63,380 nucleotides of DNA, filler included, from Octopus bimaculoides (GCF_001194135.2; 6 parts of 6 records of this genome joined end to end with filler, not necessarily neighbours in it), one strand, 5' to 3'. Shown: positions 13,308 through 24,953, counted from the whole stretch's first letter. Notes: generated by a model not told the origin, from the sequence alone. Numbers and translations are program-made.

Positions 13308-14239
13308 TATTGGAAGATATATCTATTCTCCCACTTCTTTTGTCTTATCAGGCCAATACTTATGCATGCTCTCCACCATTGTGATTCAAAGACTTTCAAA
13401 ACGACACTGTCATTACATCCTAGCATTAACCACGATGTTTTTTCATAGCCATGCACTAGGCTAAGGGTTTAGTGTATGCTATTTGATTCCTAGAATCTTT
13501 ACACACACACACACATATGTATATATCTATATATGTATATATATGTATATGATATTTGCTGCCAATTAGCAGTTTTCATAGGGCACCACATGTACTACTT
13601 CGAGGTAATCCTTAACCTTTGAGCTCTGCTTCTCAGATTTTAGTATTCAAGAAACATGATAGTAGGCTCATGCTAAGAACGGTTCTTCTCTCTGACCCAC
13701 CCTTTATTCCTGTCTGGCTTTCTCCCTCGGTTAAAATCGGTTATAGCCTATGGGTCCAAGTCCAGCAACGTTCAAGCTACAGAATATGTATATATATATA
13801 TATGTGTGTCTTGAACATGGATAAATCTGGTGAAAGTCTCACGTGTGTATGTGCGTCAGTGCGTCAGTGAGTTGTGCGTGAATGTGCGCGTCTTTACATA
13901 AGCAAGCATACTACGGCGTAACAAGGAGAAAAATGAGTTATCTAAACTGAACACGAGAAAATATTTGAATATCATCAGTTTTGATTAACTGATGATAAAA
14001 ACCGTTTCATTTCACTCATTAACATTGTACAGCTGCTATTTGAAGAGATAATTGCGAAGTTAGGAGATGGGGGGGGGGGCAAAAACTAATTATACATGTA
14101 TTGTTAAAGAATGTAAACAAATAATAAAAATGTGTAAATGCGCGTAAAATTTGCATACATGGAATAAAATTCCGTTTATAAGGATATTTGTTTTTTTAAA
14201 ATAAAACAATAATTATCGAGTGTTCACAAAATAAACACC

Positions 14240-14497
14240 GACCCTTTGTATATTAGTGTCTCGACTCTCAGGAATCATAGAGCCGGTTACCCGGCGTCCA
14301 TGTGACTGACATCACATCATTTCTACTGAACAAAACAACAGTCCGTAGCAATATTACCCATTTACAGATGAGAAGACAGGAGCATCGTAAAATGACGTTT
14401 TCTCTCCAATAACAAAATACGCTGTTCGGTTCAAGAAACGAAACCACGATCTACTTTTTGTGAGGGCATCACACAAATGACTAGGCTGCACGTCTTC
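14240..14497 (-). mobile_element. tRNA-headed CORE-SINE
   Basis: Minus strand has a degenerate gaagacgtgcagcctagt...gatcgtggtttcgtttctt head. gctcctgtcttctcatctgtaaatgggtaata (14352-14383) closely resembles the MIR CORE gcctcagtttcctcatctgtaaaatggggataata. Confidence 0.7.
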
Positions 14498-14944
14498 TTC
14501 GGACACGAAATCCAAATTAAATGAATGCTAACTGTGATAACAAGGAGCTAAAACTGATACAGCATTGGTCTTTTAAGTGTAGTTCTTTTAATGGAAATTA
14601 ACATAACATGGTTGCAATATTAGATGGTTTTCGGCAGTTCTAAAATTCCGATGGTATCCCTCATTTGGGGGATTGTAATGAGGTAAAATAATAAACAGTT
14701 GGAACGTTAATAAAAGTTTAAATCATATTTCTAAATCTTTCGTATTTTATATCATCATAAGTCGTTTATCATTAAGAAATGGCGACTCGAATTTGATCGA
14801 CATCTGCATCGGGATAGTGGCGCAAATTCAAGTACTCACCAACTGGTTTCATTTTCAATGTCTTTGGTCATGATTTGAACTCTATTAATAAAATTCCTTC
14901 TTTTTGTAAAAGTAGATATTACTTTCTCCACACACGGGTACACG

Positions 14945-15106
14945 CTAAGTTATGGGGACGTAAACACACCAGCATCAGTTGTCAAGTGATAGTGGGGGNN
15001 NNNNNNNNNNNNNNNNNNNNNNNNNNNNNNNNNNNNNNNNNNNNNNNNNNNNNNNNNNNNNNNNNNNNNNNNNNNNNNNNNNNNNNNNNNNNNNNNNNNN
15101 NNNNNN

Positions 15107-15140
<34 letters not shown>

Positions 15141-15293
15141 GACGGGCTTCTTTCAGTTTCCGTGTACCAAATCCACGCACAAGGCTTTAGTCGGCCCGAG
15201 GCTACAATAGAAGACACTTGCCCAAGGTGGGACTGAACCCGAAACCATGTGGTTGGTAAGCAAGCTACTTACCACACAGCCACTCCTGTGCCT
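14945..15293 (-). mobile_element. tRNA/CORE-like SINE (tentatively OR2-like), interrupted by gap at its internal microsatellite
   Basis: Head aggcacaggagtggctgtgtggtaagtagc, B box gggttcagtccc, cttgggcaagtgtctt; 3' half gtttacgtccccataacttagcg before the gap. Confidence 0.85.
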
Positions 15294-17029
15294 TCCTATT
15301 GAAGAAGATTTGGCTGTTACTTCTAGAAATTGAAGGATCATGCAAAAGTTCTTCGGTTGATTCGAAAACGTGGAATTTAGATATTTGCGCCAGCAGGATT
15401 GATATTCTGTTAAGAGTTTTATCATCAAATTTAATAAGATGATCGGACAGTGTGAATATATTGAAAACGGACATTCAACAACAACAACAACAACAACAGC
15501 TACCATAATAAGTGTAATAACAACACTGAATACATCTAAAGATAATTCATCTGAAACTTTGAAACTGTTCAGAATATGAAACAGATTTAATATCATATGT
15601 GATAAGTTCTTGATTTCTCACGCAGCTCCCTGCATCAAGCGAGGGAAAATGTTTAACTAGAAGAGTCATGGAATATTTTAGTGAGAAGGTTTGTGTCTAT
15701 AATGTGATTAGCTTTGATAAATCGTAAGATGAAATCTTATCATATATCCACTTATATATGGATTTTATGGGAATCTTCTACACCGAGACACGCATGGCTT
15801 AGAAGTTATTTAATAAAGCTTTTTCGACACATTATGCCATCCTCCGCCTGTATTACGCTTTACATGATCTTCCGAGTAAAGCAAGATTAGCTTAACATAT
15901 ACATCAGTTCTGTTGTTCTCTTCTCGTTTTATGTTATTTTATTTTTATATCGTTTTCCTATTATTATTAGTATTCAGATCACTTTTGTTGTATATTTTTT
16001 TATGTCATGGTTGAGCACTTCATGGCGCAAAGGTTCCGAAAATCCAGTTAGCTATTAGTCGGCGAATTGATAAAACGACTGTAGGAATTAAACGAGATAA
16101 ATGTAGGTTCTATTGAAAGAAAGTGATCTATTATCACCTAAGTCACGCTATCGACACTTAGAATCAAAGGAACTTTCGCGAAGATCTCGATTTACTATTA
16201 CATAAAAAGAAAGAAAGGATATTCAATCTTATTTCTTTTTTTCCTTCCTCCTTGCTGTGTTTTGTTTCCTTTTCGCTCTTGTTTTCCTTTTTTTCTTTTT
16301 CTTTTTCTTTTCTCTTTCCTTATCTTCTTATTATTTAACTCTAATATAATCCCTGGAACAATGATTGATTTAGTAAAGAAGCTGCCCCCCCCTCTCCCAT
16401 TATCACTATCATCATCATCATCATCATCACAACAATCTTCTTTAGCCCCTACAATGATCCTTCTCGTTACCATTTGCTTATATATATATATATATATATA
16501 TCTTTCCGTAGAGGTTCCATTCTAAAATACTTGCAGGAACGTTGCGTAATTGAGAGAAAATGCGAAAACAAGAGAAATTGAGCGCACAACATTCATAAAA
16601 CGAAAGACAAAGACAAAGCTAAACAAAACTAGAACTGCCTTGGAGAATCATAATAGCATAGTTACTACTGCTGCTGTTGTTGTGTTGATAGATTTGGTGA
16701 TAGTGTTGATGTCGTTGTTGTTGTTGTTGGTGGTGGTGGTGGTGCTGGTGGTGGCGGCGGCGGTGGTTGTTGTTCTGGCTGCTATTGTTGATCTTACGTT
16801 ACGGTCACTGTTGCAATTGTGCTTTTTTTTTCTTTATTGATGTAGTTGTGGCTCGTACTCTTCGTTGTTAATTTTGTCTTCTTCGTGTTCCTGGGGTTTG
16901 CTTTATTGTTGTGGATGATTCGTCCAATGAACTATTGTTGTTAATGTTGTTGTAGTTAGTGGCGTTCAGTTGTTGCTGTTAACAGTAACATCGTGGTTTG
17001 AGTTATTTCCCTTCGGTAGTTATAAGGTT

Positions 17030-17096
17030 ACTATTACTACTGCTACTGCTACTGCTTCTACTACTACTATTACTACTACTACTACTTCCACTACTT

Positions 17097-17153
<57 letters not shown>

Positions 17154-17174
17154 GTACTACTACTACTACTACTT

Positions 17175-17268
<94 letters not shown>

Positions 17269-17432
17269 CACCACCACTAATGTTAGTTCCACCAATATCG
17301 TGAACACAAGCACCACTACCACCACCACACTCACTACTATTACTACCACTACCACAATTATTATTACTACTAATAATAAAAATACTACCGCCACCACCAC
17401 CACAACCACCAGTACCATTATCACCACCACCT
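17030..17432. repeat. Long compound trinucleotide microsatellite (CTA)n-(TAA)n-(CCA)n
   Basis: Direct reading; yields poly-Thr/Leu/Ser/Val ORFs in four frames. Confidence 0.95.
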
Positions 17433-18310
17433 AAAAAATTTACTACTACTATTTTAAGGGCTTGTTTCAACTGGTGTTGTTGATGGTCGTGCTGTCGATA
17501 TTGTTACTTCTCTTTTGTTGTTACCTATACGTGTTTGAGGACTATACCTATAATAAAAAAAACAATCCATATGTGACCACTCGGTGTTTTTTAAATAAGC
17601 AGGTAACCCTGGGCTACTATATCCAAAGTCTACCTTTAGGGCGTTAAAGCGTTCATATATGAGAGAAATTTTGGCTGCTATTTATAGCAGCGATGACGTG
17701 AGGTTTGGCTTTTGTTCTTTCTTCTCGATGCAGTAGAGACTGACCAGGATGACAAACTTGTTGTTATTCCTGTTGTTATTGCAGCTTCTGTGGTTGCAGT
17801 TGTTGATGATATTGTTGTTGTAGTTTAAAATGCCTTGGGTGCAACTGCTGTTGTTGCTGGAGTTACATGTGCATATGTTGCACAGGATGTTGCACTTTAC
17901 ATTGGTAGATTAATTGTAATGTCGTTGTTTTCCCTATTACAACTCATGCGATTGTTGTTGTTGCTGTCATTGTTGTTGTTGTTGTTGTTTTTGTTGTTGC
18001 AGTCGTTGCTGCTGTTGGTGTTCACGGTGTTGTTGTAGTTGCGGTTGTGATTATGTTGTTGCTGATAGTATTGCAAACATTGCTTTACACCTTCCATAAT
18101 TATACAATGGGAGATGCGAAACAATGAAGGGTAGGAGGTGGAGGGTTAATAGAAAATTTGCGGATCTTGAGAAAGAAAAATTTAAAGATAATGGAGATGA
18201 GAAAATAGACTGTTAGGAAAGAACAAGAAGAAGATGAGGAGACAAAAAAAAAAAACAACAGAATTATGTAAATGGGAGGGAAAAGTAAAGCAGATAATAA
18301 TAATTACAAC

Positions 18311-18348
<38 letters not shown>

Positions 18349-18695
18349 GTGTAAATTAAAGAAGGAGAATGGGTAAGCGCGAGAATAAGGAATAAATGAA
18401 TTAGATGTCGAAACAACTGAAATAAAGGAAAATCTTAAGGAGGAAAAAGAGAAGAACGAAAAGGAGAAGAAGATTGAATGGAAAGGAAGGGGAGGAGACG
18501 CGGATGAGTATGAGAAGGGAGAGTAGAGAAGGAAAGCAGTAGTTTTAGAGCAGCAGCAACAACAACAACAACAACAACAACAGAGAAGGGTATAAGCCAG
18601 TCGACTAAAAGAGAAAAAAAAGGAGGTGAATATAAACTGCCAAATACGTAAATCATATGATGATGACGACGACGACGACGACGAAGATGATGACG

Positions 18696-18727
<32 letters not shown>

Positions 18728-19054
18728 GAGAGAAGGAGAAGAAATCCAGTGAATCAATTTACAAAATAAAGCTGTTGTTTAATGTTCTTTTGTTTGGGGA
18801 AGCTTTGTTAGAGATAAAGATGTTGAAAGGGCAACGTGAGTAATTACTTAGGGATTTCCAAGAGCATTTTGCACAGTTGTTCAGTGCAAATCCTGTCAAG
18901 GTCATCTTTTATATTTCCGCTGATAATTTAGCTAGAAAGGTGTCTTTGCACAGAAGATTGTTTAAACGAAAATATGGTGTGTTAGTACGGAAGCGAAAGC
19001 GCGCGTTTTTAGATCATTGTTAACAATGAGTAACAATACGACTATTACTTTCCA

Positions 19055-19431
19055 GTGGAGGCGCAATGGTCCAGTGGTTAGGGTAGCGGACTCGCGCTCA
19101 TAGGATCACGGTTTCGATTCCCAGACCGGGCGTTGTGAGTGTTTATTGAGCGAAAAGACCTAAAGCTCCACGAGGCTCCGGCAGGGGATGGTGGTGAACC
19201 ATGCTGTACTCTTTCACCACAACTTACTCTTATTTCCTGTATCTGTTGTGCCTGTAATTCAAAGGGTCAGCCTTGTCACGCTGTGTCACGCTGAATATCC
19301 CCGAGAACTACGTTAAGGGTACACGTGTGTCTGTGGAGTGCTCAGCCACTTGCACGTTAATTTCACGAGCAGGCTGTTCCGTTGATCGGATCAACTGGAA
19401 CCCTCGACGTCGTAAGCGACGGAGTGCCAAC
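19055..19431 (+). mobile_element. Full-length young tRNA-derived SINE
   Basis: gtggaggcgcaatggtccagtggttagg (A box TGGTCCAGTGG), B box GGTTTCGATTCCC, ~300 bp body ending gttgatcggatcaactggaaccctcgacgtcgtaagcgacggagtgccaac, then (CA)-rich tail. Confidence 0.85.
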
Positions 19432-19879
19432 TCGACTCGATTACTTCCCAAAACAAACCTACACGCAATCACACACACGCACACGCCCGCACACATACAC
19501 ACTAACACTCACACACACGCATATACTCACACACATACACTCAAAAACACAAACACCCACATATACTCCTACACACTCATAAAGAGAAGCTGATGTTACT
19601 GTCAAATATCAAACACATCATATGTCACTATGTTCATGATTAGACGTATCTAGTCAAGTAATCGATTATCGATGTTTGTTTTCCAAGATAGGTGTGAATG
19701 TGGTTTGTTACGTTCGGGTAATTTCTACGATAGCAGTGAGGGAAATAAAGTGAAGTATTTCCAACCTGAAAATCGAACTTACATTAATATTGATTTCTAA
19801 TTTAGGCAGAAAGCCACACACATTTTAACTACAAGTGCTAGAAATACTACTACCACTAGCATCCTCATCATCATCAGGG

Positions 19880-19911
<32 letters not shown>

Positions 19912-19912
19912 C

Positions 19913-19943
<31 letters not shown>

Positions 19944-20335
19944 ATGGTAGGTGTTAGATTGAATGGTTTATTGAACCGATGTAAATAAAAGGCAAAAATC
20001 ATCTCTACTGGGATTTGAACTCAGAGAAAAAAGCCAAGGGAGACGAGTAAACTATGCAACGATTTTTATTTATTTATTTATTTATTTATTGGCAACTCTA
20101 CCGATTCTGTTCTATTAATCTATAACCAGTGTGTACTCGCTACAACTCATTAGACACATACACAATATATACAATTGGTGTTCATAATTAACAGTATATT
20201 AGCTGCATAGGTTAGACACACTGTCAGTAGATGCTCCTTCTAATTTGTTTGCCCACATACATTAGATATCCTATCGTCAGTAAAACCTATCAGTAATTTA
20301 CTTAATACATAAATGCGTTATCATGACATCAGTAA

Positions 20336-20480
20336 GTTCTGAGATCAAATTCCACCGAGGTCAATTTTGCCTTTCATCCATTCGTGGTCGATTAAATAAG
20401 TACCAGTTATGCACATAATTTCTGTGTCTGTCCTTGTTTGTCCCCTCTATGTTAAGACCCCTGCTGGCAATAAAAAAATA
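20336..20480 (+). mobile_element. 5'-truncated SINE (gagttcaaattc family, tgtctgtccttgtttgtcccctc tail variant)
   Basis: gttctgagatcaaattccaccgaggtc...aagtaccagtt; tail matches the copy at 38456-38675. Confidence 0.75.
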
Positions 20481-21624
20481 TATTATCAGTATGCGTTCTT
20501 CATTATTCATTAATCGCGCAGTTAAAACATATAGTTAGTATGTGGTCTTAGTAGTTTATTAGGCACATGACATTATATACTATACATATTCTCACGGATA
20601 AGTTCTACGTTTGCATGTATTATTAAGAGTTTATCTAGAAACATTTAGATGATGTACATATATGCTCTCTATATTTTGTTTAGACAAATAGACGAGAATT
20701 GCTATCACTATATGTTGTTATAGTCCATTAGTAAAATAGGAGATAAGTTATTCTGTTAGTATGATCTTTGAAGTATATTACACATATGAAGAATATGTTA
20801 TAACATTGGTATGTGTTTCTTATAGATTTTTTGATACGTAAGACAGAAGTTTCAGTCTTTGCTTTCCATAGATTATTAGACGCATGATACTTTTGGCGTC
20901 AGTCCGGGTATGTTACAGCTTGTCAAATATGAGATTTTTTTTTACCATCACTCCATCAGTATTTTGTTCACAGTTTATTTAATATAGGAGAAAGTATACT
21001 CTCCACAAGCAATCTTTTTAGCATTTTTAACACGAAGATGCGATACTTTCATGTCTTATAGAATATTAGACACATACATTGGAAGCTTAACTGTCAACTG
21101 AAAGCAAACTAACAGTTCAGTATCTGGTTTACATGTCATATATCCTATATATCATAAACTTCAGTGTCTTTATAACACTAGATATATAAACGAGATATAC
21201 CATGAATAGGAGGGTCTTCTATATTTTATGAGCCATACAAGCGATTTACTATCAGAAGCGTACGCATAGTATACCTCTTATGGCACAGTTAATGACATGA
21301 CGTGGTACTGTCAATAGGTATTATTTTATAGATAGATAGATAGATAGATAGATAGATGTAATGTTAGTATGTGATCTTTGTCGTTTCGTAAGTACAGATG
21401 AAAAATAAAACCCATATGTGCATTTTATGTTATTTTAACCATATACATGAGATTAACTGTTTTAATGTGTTGTTTATAACATATATCGTTATAATTTATT
21501 AGATAGAGTTGAGAATTTGTATGATTACAATATACTTTGTGTAATCCCTTAAGCACACAGAAGGCATTCTGTAGTTCCAGTATATTTTCATGGCTTAACC
21601 ATTTACGTTGGAAATATGATAACT

Positions 21625-21838
21625 AGGGTGGTAAGCTAGCAGAAGTGTTAGCGCGCAGGGGAAAATGCTTTCGAGCATCTCTTCAGTGATTACGTTCTGC
21701 ATTCAAATTCTGCCGAGGTCTACTTTGCCCTCCATCATATTGGGGTCGAAAATACAAGTACCGGTTGAGCACTGGAGTCGATGTAATCAACTAATCCCTC
21801 CTCTGAAATTGCTGGCCTAGAGCCAAAACTTGAATCCA
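21625..21838 (+). mobile_element. SINE (gctggcagaa...gagttcaaattc family), first of tandem pair
   Basis: gggtggtaagctagcagaagtgttagc...cattcaaattctgccgaggtc...aagtaccggttgagcactgg...gaaattgctggcc. Confidence 0.8.
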
Positions 21839-21856
21839 ATATAATAACTGATATTC

Positions 21857-22050
21857 GGGCGGCCAGCATCGTTAGCACGCCCTGCGAAACACACAGCGGT
21901 GTTTCTTCCGTCTTTACGTTCTGCATTTAAATTCCGCCGGATGTCTACTTTGCCCATCATCATTTCGGGGTCAATAACATAAGTACCAGTTGAGCACTGG
22001 GGTTGATCCTAATCCACCAAAATGCTGCCTTTTTGGTAAAATTTGAAACC
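21857..22050 (+). mobile_element. SINE, second of tandem pair
   Basis: cgttagcacgccc...gtctttacgttctgcatttaaattccgcc...aagtaccagttgagcactgggg...atttgaaacc. Confidence 0.8.
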
Positions 22051-22743
22051 CGTATAATTGATCTTTCAGCCAAGAAACAACATTGCAGTAGAGATGTCCG
22101 ATCAAAGCTGTTTCAGCTATGGCCATCGAAACAGTCTTTTGAGAAGAATCTCGTAATATATTATCTAATGTGTCTTATTTATTTTCTAAAACTAATAATT
22201 CTAGCAAGATTGAGCAACTACGCACAGACTCCTTCCATGATTCATTATAATTGATGAAACTCGCATTTAGCTATCGCTAGACGAGTTCACCCTCCGCATC
22301 AATCTCATAACTATAAGGAGGGCGTATAGAAAATTTCTGAACACTGCTTCTCAAATACTGAAATAACATGTGAAAATAAATAGATCTCAGAATAGCAGCT
22401 GCTTTCCTATATCGGTTGAGTATGTCAGACGAAATAGACTGTTGTATATCAACAGGAAGTAAATGCATGATATGTTCTGAGACAATGCAGAAATGAACTG
22501 GCACCAGAATACTCTGCTTTATTAGCAAACAACAAATGTGATGTTTGTTGCTTTATGACAGGACAAGAAATGTAATAAAGTGATAAGATGCCAAAATAAA
22601 GAAAAAATACACACACACATACACACACACACGCACGGACACACACACACAAACACACACACACACACACACACACATGTATATATATATATATATATAT
22701 TCATGCATACGTTTCATTTTACACGCACAGAAATCAACATATA

Positions 22744-22786
<43 letters not shown>

Positions 22787-23155
22787 GTACATACGTATGT
22801 ATATACAAATATATATATATATGTATATATGAGTGTATATGTGTTTATGTGTCTGTCTGTGTGTCTGTGTATGCGTATGAATATACACACACACACAGAA
22901 ATGCTTATATGTAATAACTCACTAACTGAACAACAGGAAATATAAGTACAAAAAACAAACGCAAACACGCCGCTCAATGTCACACACACACACATATATA
23001 TATACATATACACACATACGCACACATGCACAGACACGCATGCATGCATGCACAATGACAGTCTTGCATTCGTGTATAAGTGGCACGTGTGGGTATGTGG
23101 GTACATACATTAGTACATTACTTACATAAACTTATACACCGAGGAATAGTGAGAC

Positions 23156-23189
<34 letters not shown>

Positions 23190-23825
23190 AAGAGAGAGAG
23201 AGAAAGAGAGAGAGAGAAAGAGAGAGAGAGCATGTGTATCCGTTATTGGTGATTGGATTGTTCTTGATTGTACGTTAGGAATAGTGACAGAGTTCGGGCA
23301 TTATTCACATTTCTAATATTATGGATAAGTACAGGAGTGGAAGCATGAATGCATTACATATATNNNNNNNNNNNNNNNNNNNNNNNNNNNNNNNNNNNNN
23401 NNNNNNNNNNNNNNNNNNNNNNNNNNNNNNNNNNNNNNNNNNNNNNNNNNNNNNNNNNNNNNNNNNNNNNNNNNNNNNNNNNNNNNNNNNNNNNNNNNNN
23501 NNNNNNNNNNNNNNNNNNNNNNNNNNNNNNNNNNNNNNNNNNNNNNNNNNNNNNNNNNNNNNNNNNNNNNNNNNNNNNNNNNNNNNNNNNNNNNNNNNNN
23601 NNNNNNNNNNNNNNNNNNNNNNNNNNNNNNNNNNNNNNNNNNNNNNNNNNNNNNNNNNNNNNNNNNNNNNNNNNNNNNNNNNNNNNNNNNNNNNNNNNNN
23701 NNNNNNNNNNNNNNNNNNNNNNNNNNNNNNNNNNNNNNNNNNNNNNNNNNNNNNNNNNNNNNNNNNNNNNNNNNNNNNNNNNNNNNNNNNNNNNNNNNNN
23801 NNNNNNNNNNNNNTATATATATATC

Positions 23826-23865
23826 GGCCATGACGAAGGGAAATAGCCCTGAAACTCGAGTCGCC
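23826..23865 (+). ncRNA. Minimal type I hammerhead ribozyme motif (HHR-A)
   Basis: ggc | CATGACGA | aggg-aaatag-ccct | GAA | ACTCGAGT (perfect palindrome) | C | gcc. GUC triplet; predicted cut after 23862. Confidence 0.7.
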
Positions 23866-24097
23866 TTTATATATTTTGAACACTCAATATTTCATCTACA
23901 TTCAATACTTTCTTTCATGGTGCCATCCATTTTTATTTTATTTTATTTTATTTTATTTTATTTTATTTTATTTTATATTCTATATTGTATATTATATTAT
24001 ATATTGTATATTCCATATTCTATACCCCACATTAGTTCTGCAGGAATATAAATAAAACATAAAAAACAGACAGTGTTGAAACTCTTTTAAACAAAAT
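23863..24097 (+). mobile_element. AT-rich body following HHR-A (Penelope-like terminus / non-autonomous element), copy 1
   Basis: gcctttatatattt..gaacactcaatatttcat..cattcaatact..ccatc.atttttat..tattccatattctata.ccaca..gaatataaataaaacataaaaa.cag..aactctttta is shared with 24664-24860. Confidence 0.65.
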
Positions 24098-24280
24098 TAT
24101 ATATATATATATATATATATACATGTTATTTCAGCGACAGAAGCAGCGTTAATATCAACTTAACATGGATATCTTGTTCGAATACTGAATACTGTACTAT
24201 TAACCTTGAAAGAGCCTTTTATGTCGGTGCATACATAGATAGGAGCAACAGAGAACTGTCTGCCATGGTCACCGAAATTC

Positions 24281-24320
24281 GCATATCACGTGATTTCATT
24301 CCAATGCAAATCATCAGTGC
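24281..24320 (-). ncRNA. Minimal type I hammerhead ribozyme motif on opposite strand (HHR-B)
   Basis: Minus strand: gca | CTGATGA (canonical core) | tttgcattggaat (weak stem II) | GAA | ATCACGTGAT (perfect palindrome) | A | tgc. AUA triplet; predicted cut between 24284 and 24283. Confidence 0.6.
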
Positions 24321-24623
24321 CATGCGTCCGGCCACTGCATACAAGTCAAATCTTACTGCTACCATATATAGGATATTACCATCTCTTCGGACACTGACGT
24401 CCAAATATAACCACCAGATATACGATATACATGCATGTAGCTTATCAGAAAGTTTTCAGTGAGTTCTTATATCAGAAAATTTGAAAATACAGATTAACAA
24501 AACAGCCAAAGGATAGTAAATATTATTTGCAAATTTTGGCTCAAGGCCTGGAGGTTCTGAGTGAGTGAGATAATTTGATTACATCGACCCCTGGGCTCAA
24601 GTGAAACTCATCTTATAGAGTCG

Positions 24624-24667
24624 AGGCCTTGATGAATGCCACAAGGTATGAAAATACGTATTCGCCT
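24624..24667 (+). ncRNA. Minimal type I hammerhead ribozyme motif (HHR-C)
   Basis: aggc | CTTGATGA | atgcc-acaa-ggtat | GAA | AATACGTATT (perfect palindrome) | C | gcct. UUC triplet; predicted cut after 24663. Confidence 0.7.
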
Positions 24668-24860
24668 TTATATATTTAATTGTTTATATTGAACACTCAA
24701 TATTTCATATATTCAATAAGGCATTCAATACTTCATTTCATTGTACCATCTATTTTTATATTATATATTATATATTCCATATTCTATATCCCACACTAAT
24801 TTTTAAAAGAATATAAATAAAACATAAAAAACAGAGTTGGAACTCTTTTAAATAAAACAA
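24664..24860 (+). mobile_element. AT-rich body following HHR-C, copy 2
   Basis: Diverged direct repeat of 23863-24097. Confidence 0.65.
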
Positions 24861-24913
24861 TATATTCCTCTATACACGATCATACAAAACCCATTTTTTT
24901 GTATTTATTTTTA

Positions 24914-24953
<40 letters not shown>

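Noticed and set aside
13970-13997. 11-bp perfect hairpin tatcatcagtt/aactgatgata containing ctgatga
   Set aside because: Short and AT-rich with no hammerhead stem II/III; expected occasionally by chance.
18812-18835. 24-nt frame-preserving microexon (ttgttag|...|gtgagt)
   Set aside because: Splice-like signals of this quality are common by chance in 63 kb, and there is no host gene evidence.
19055-19130. tRNA gene
   Set aside because: It has A and B boxes but no closing acceptor stem, and it runs into a repeated SINE body. The same applies to the other tRNA-like heads.
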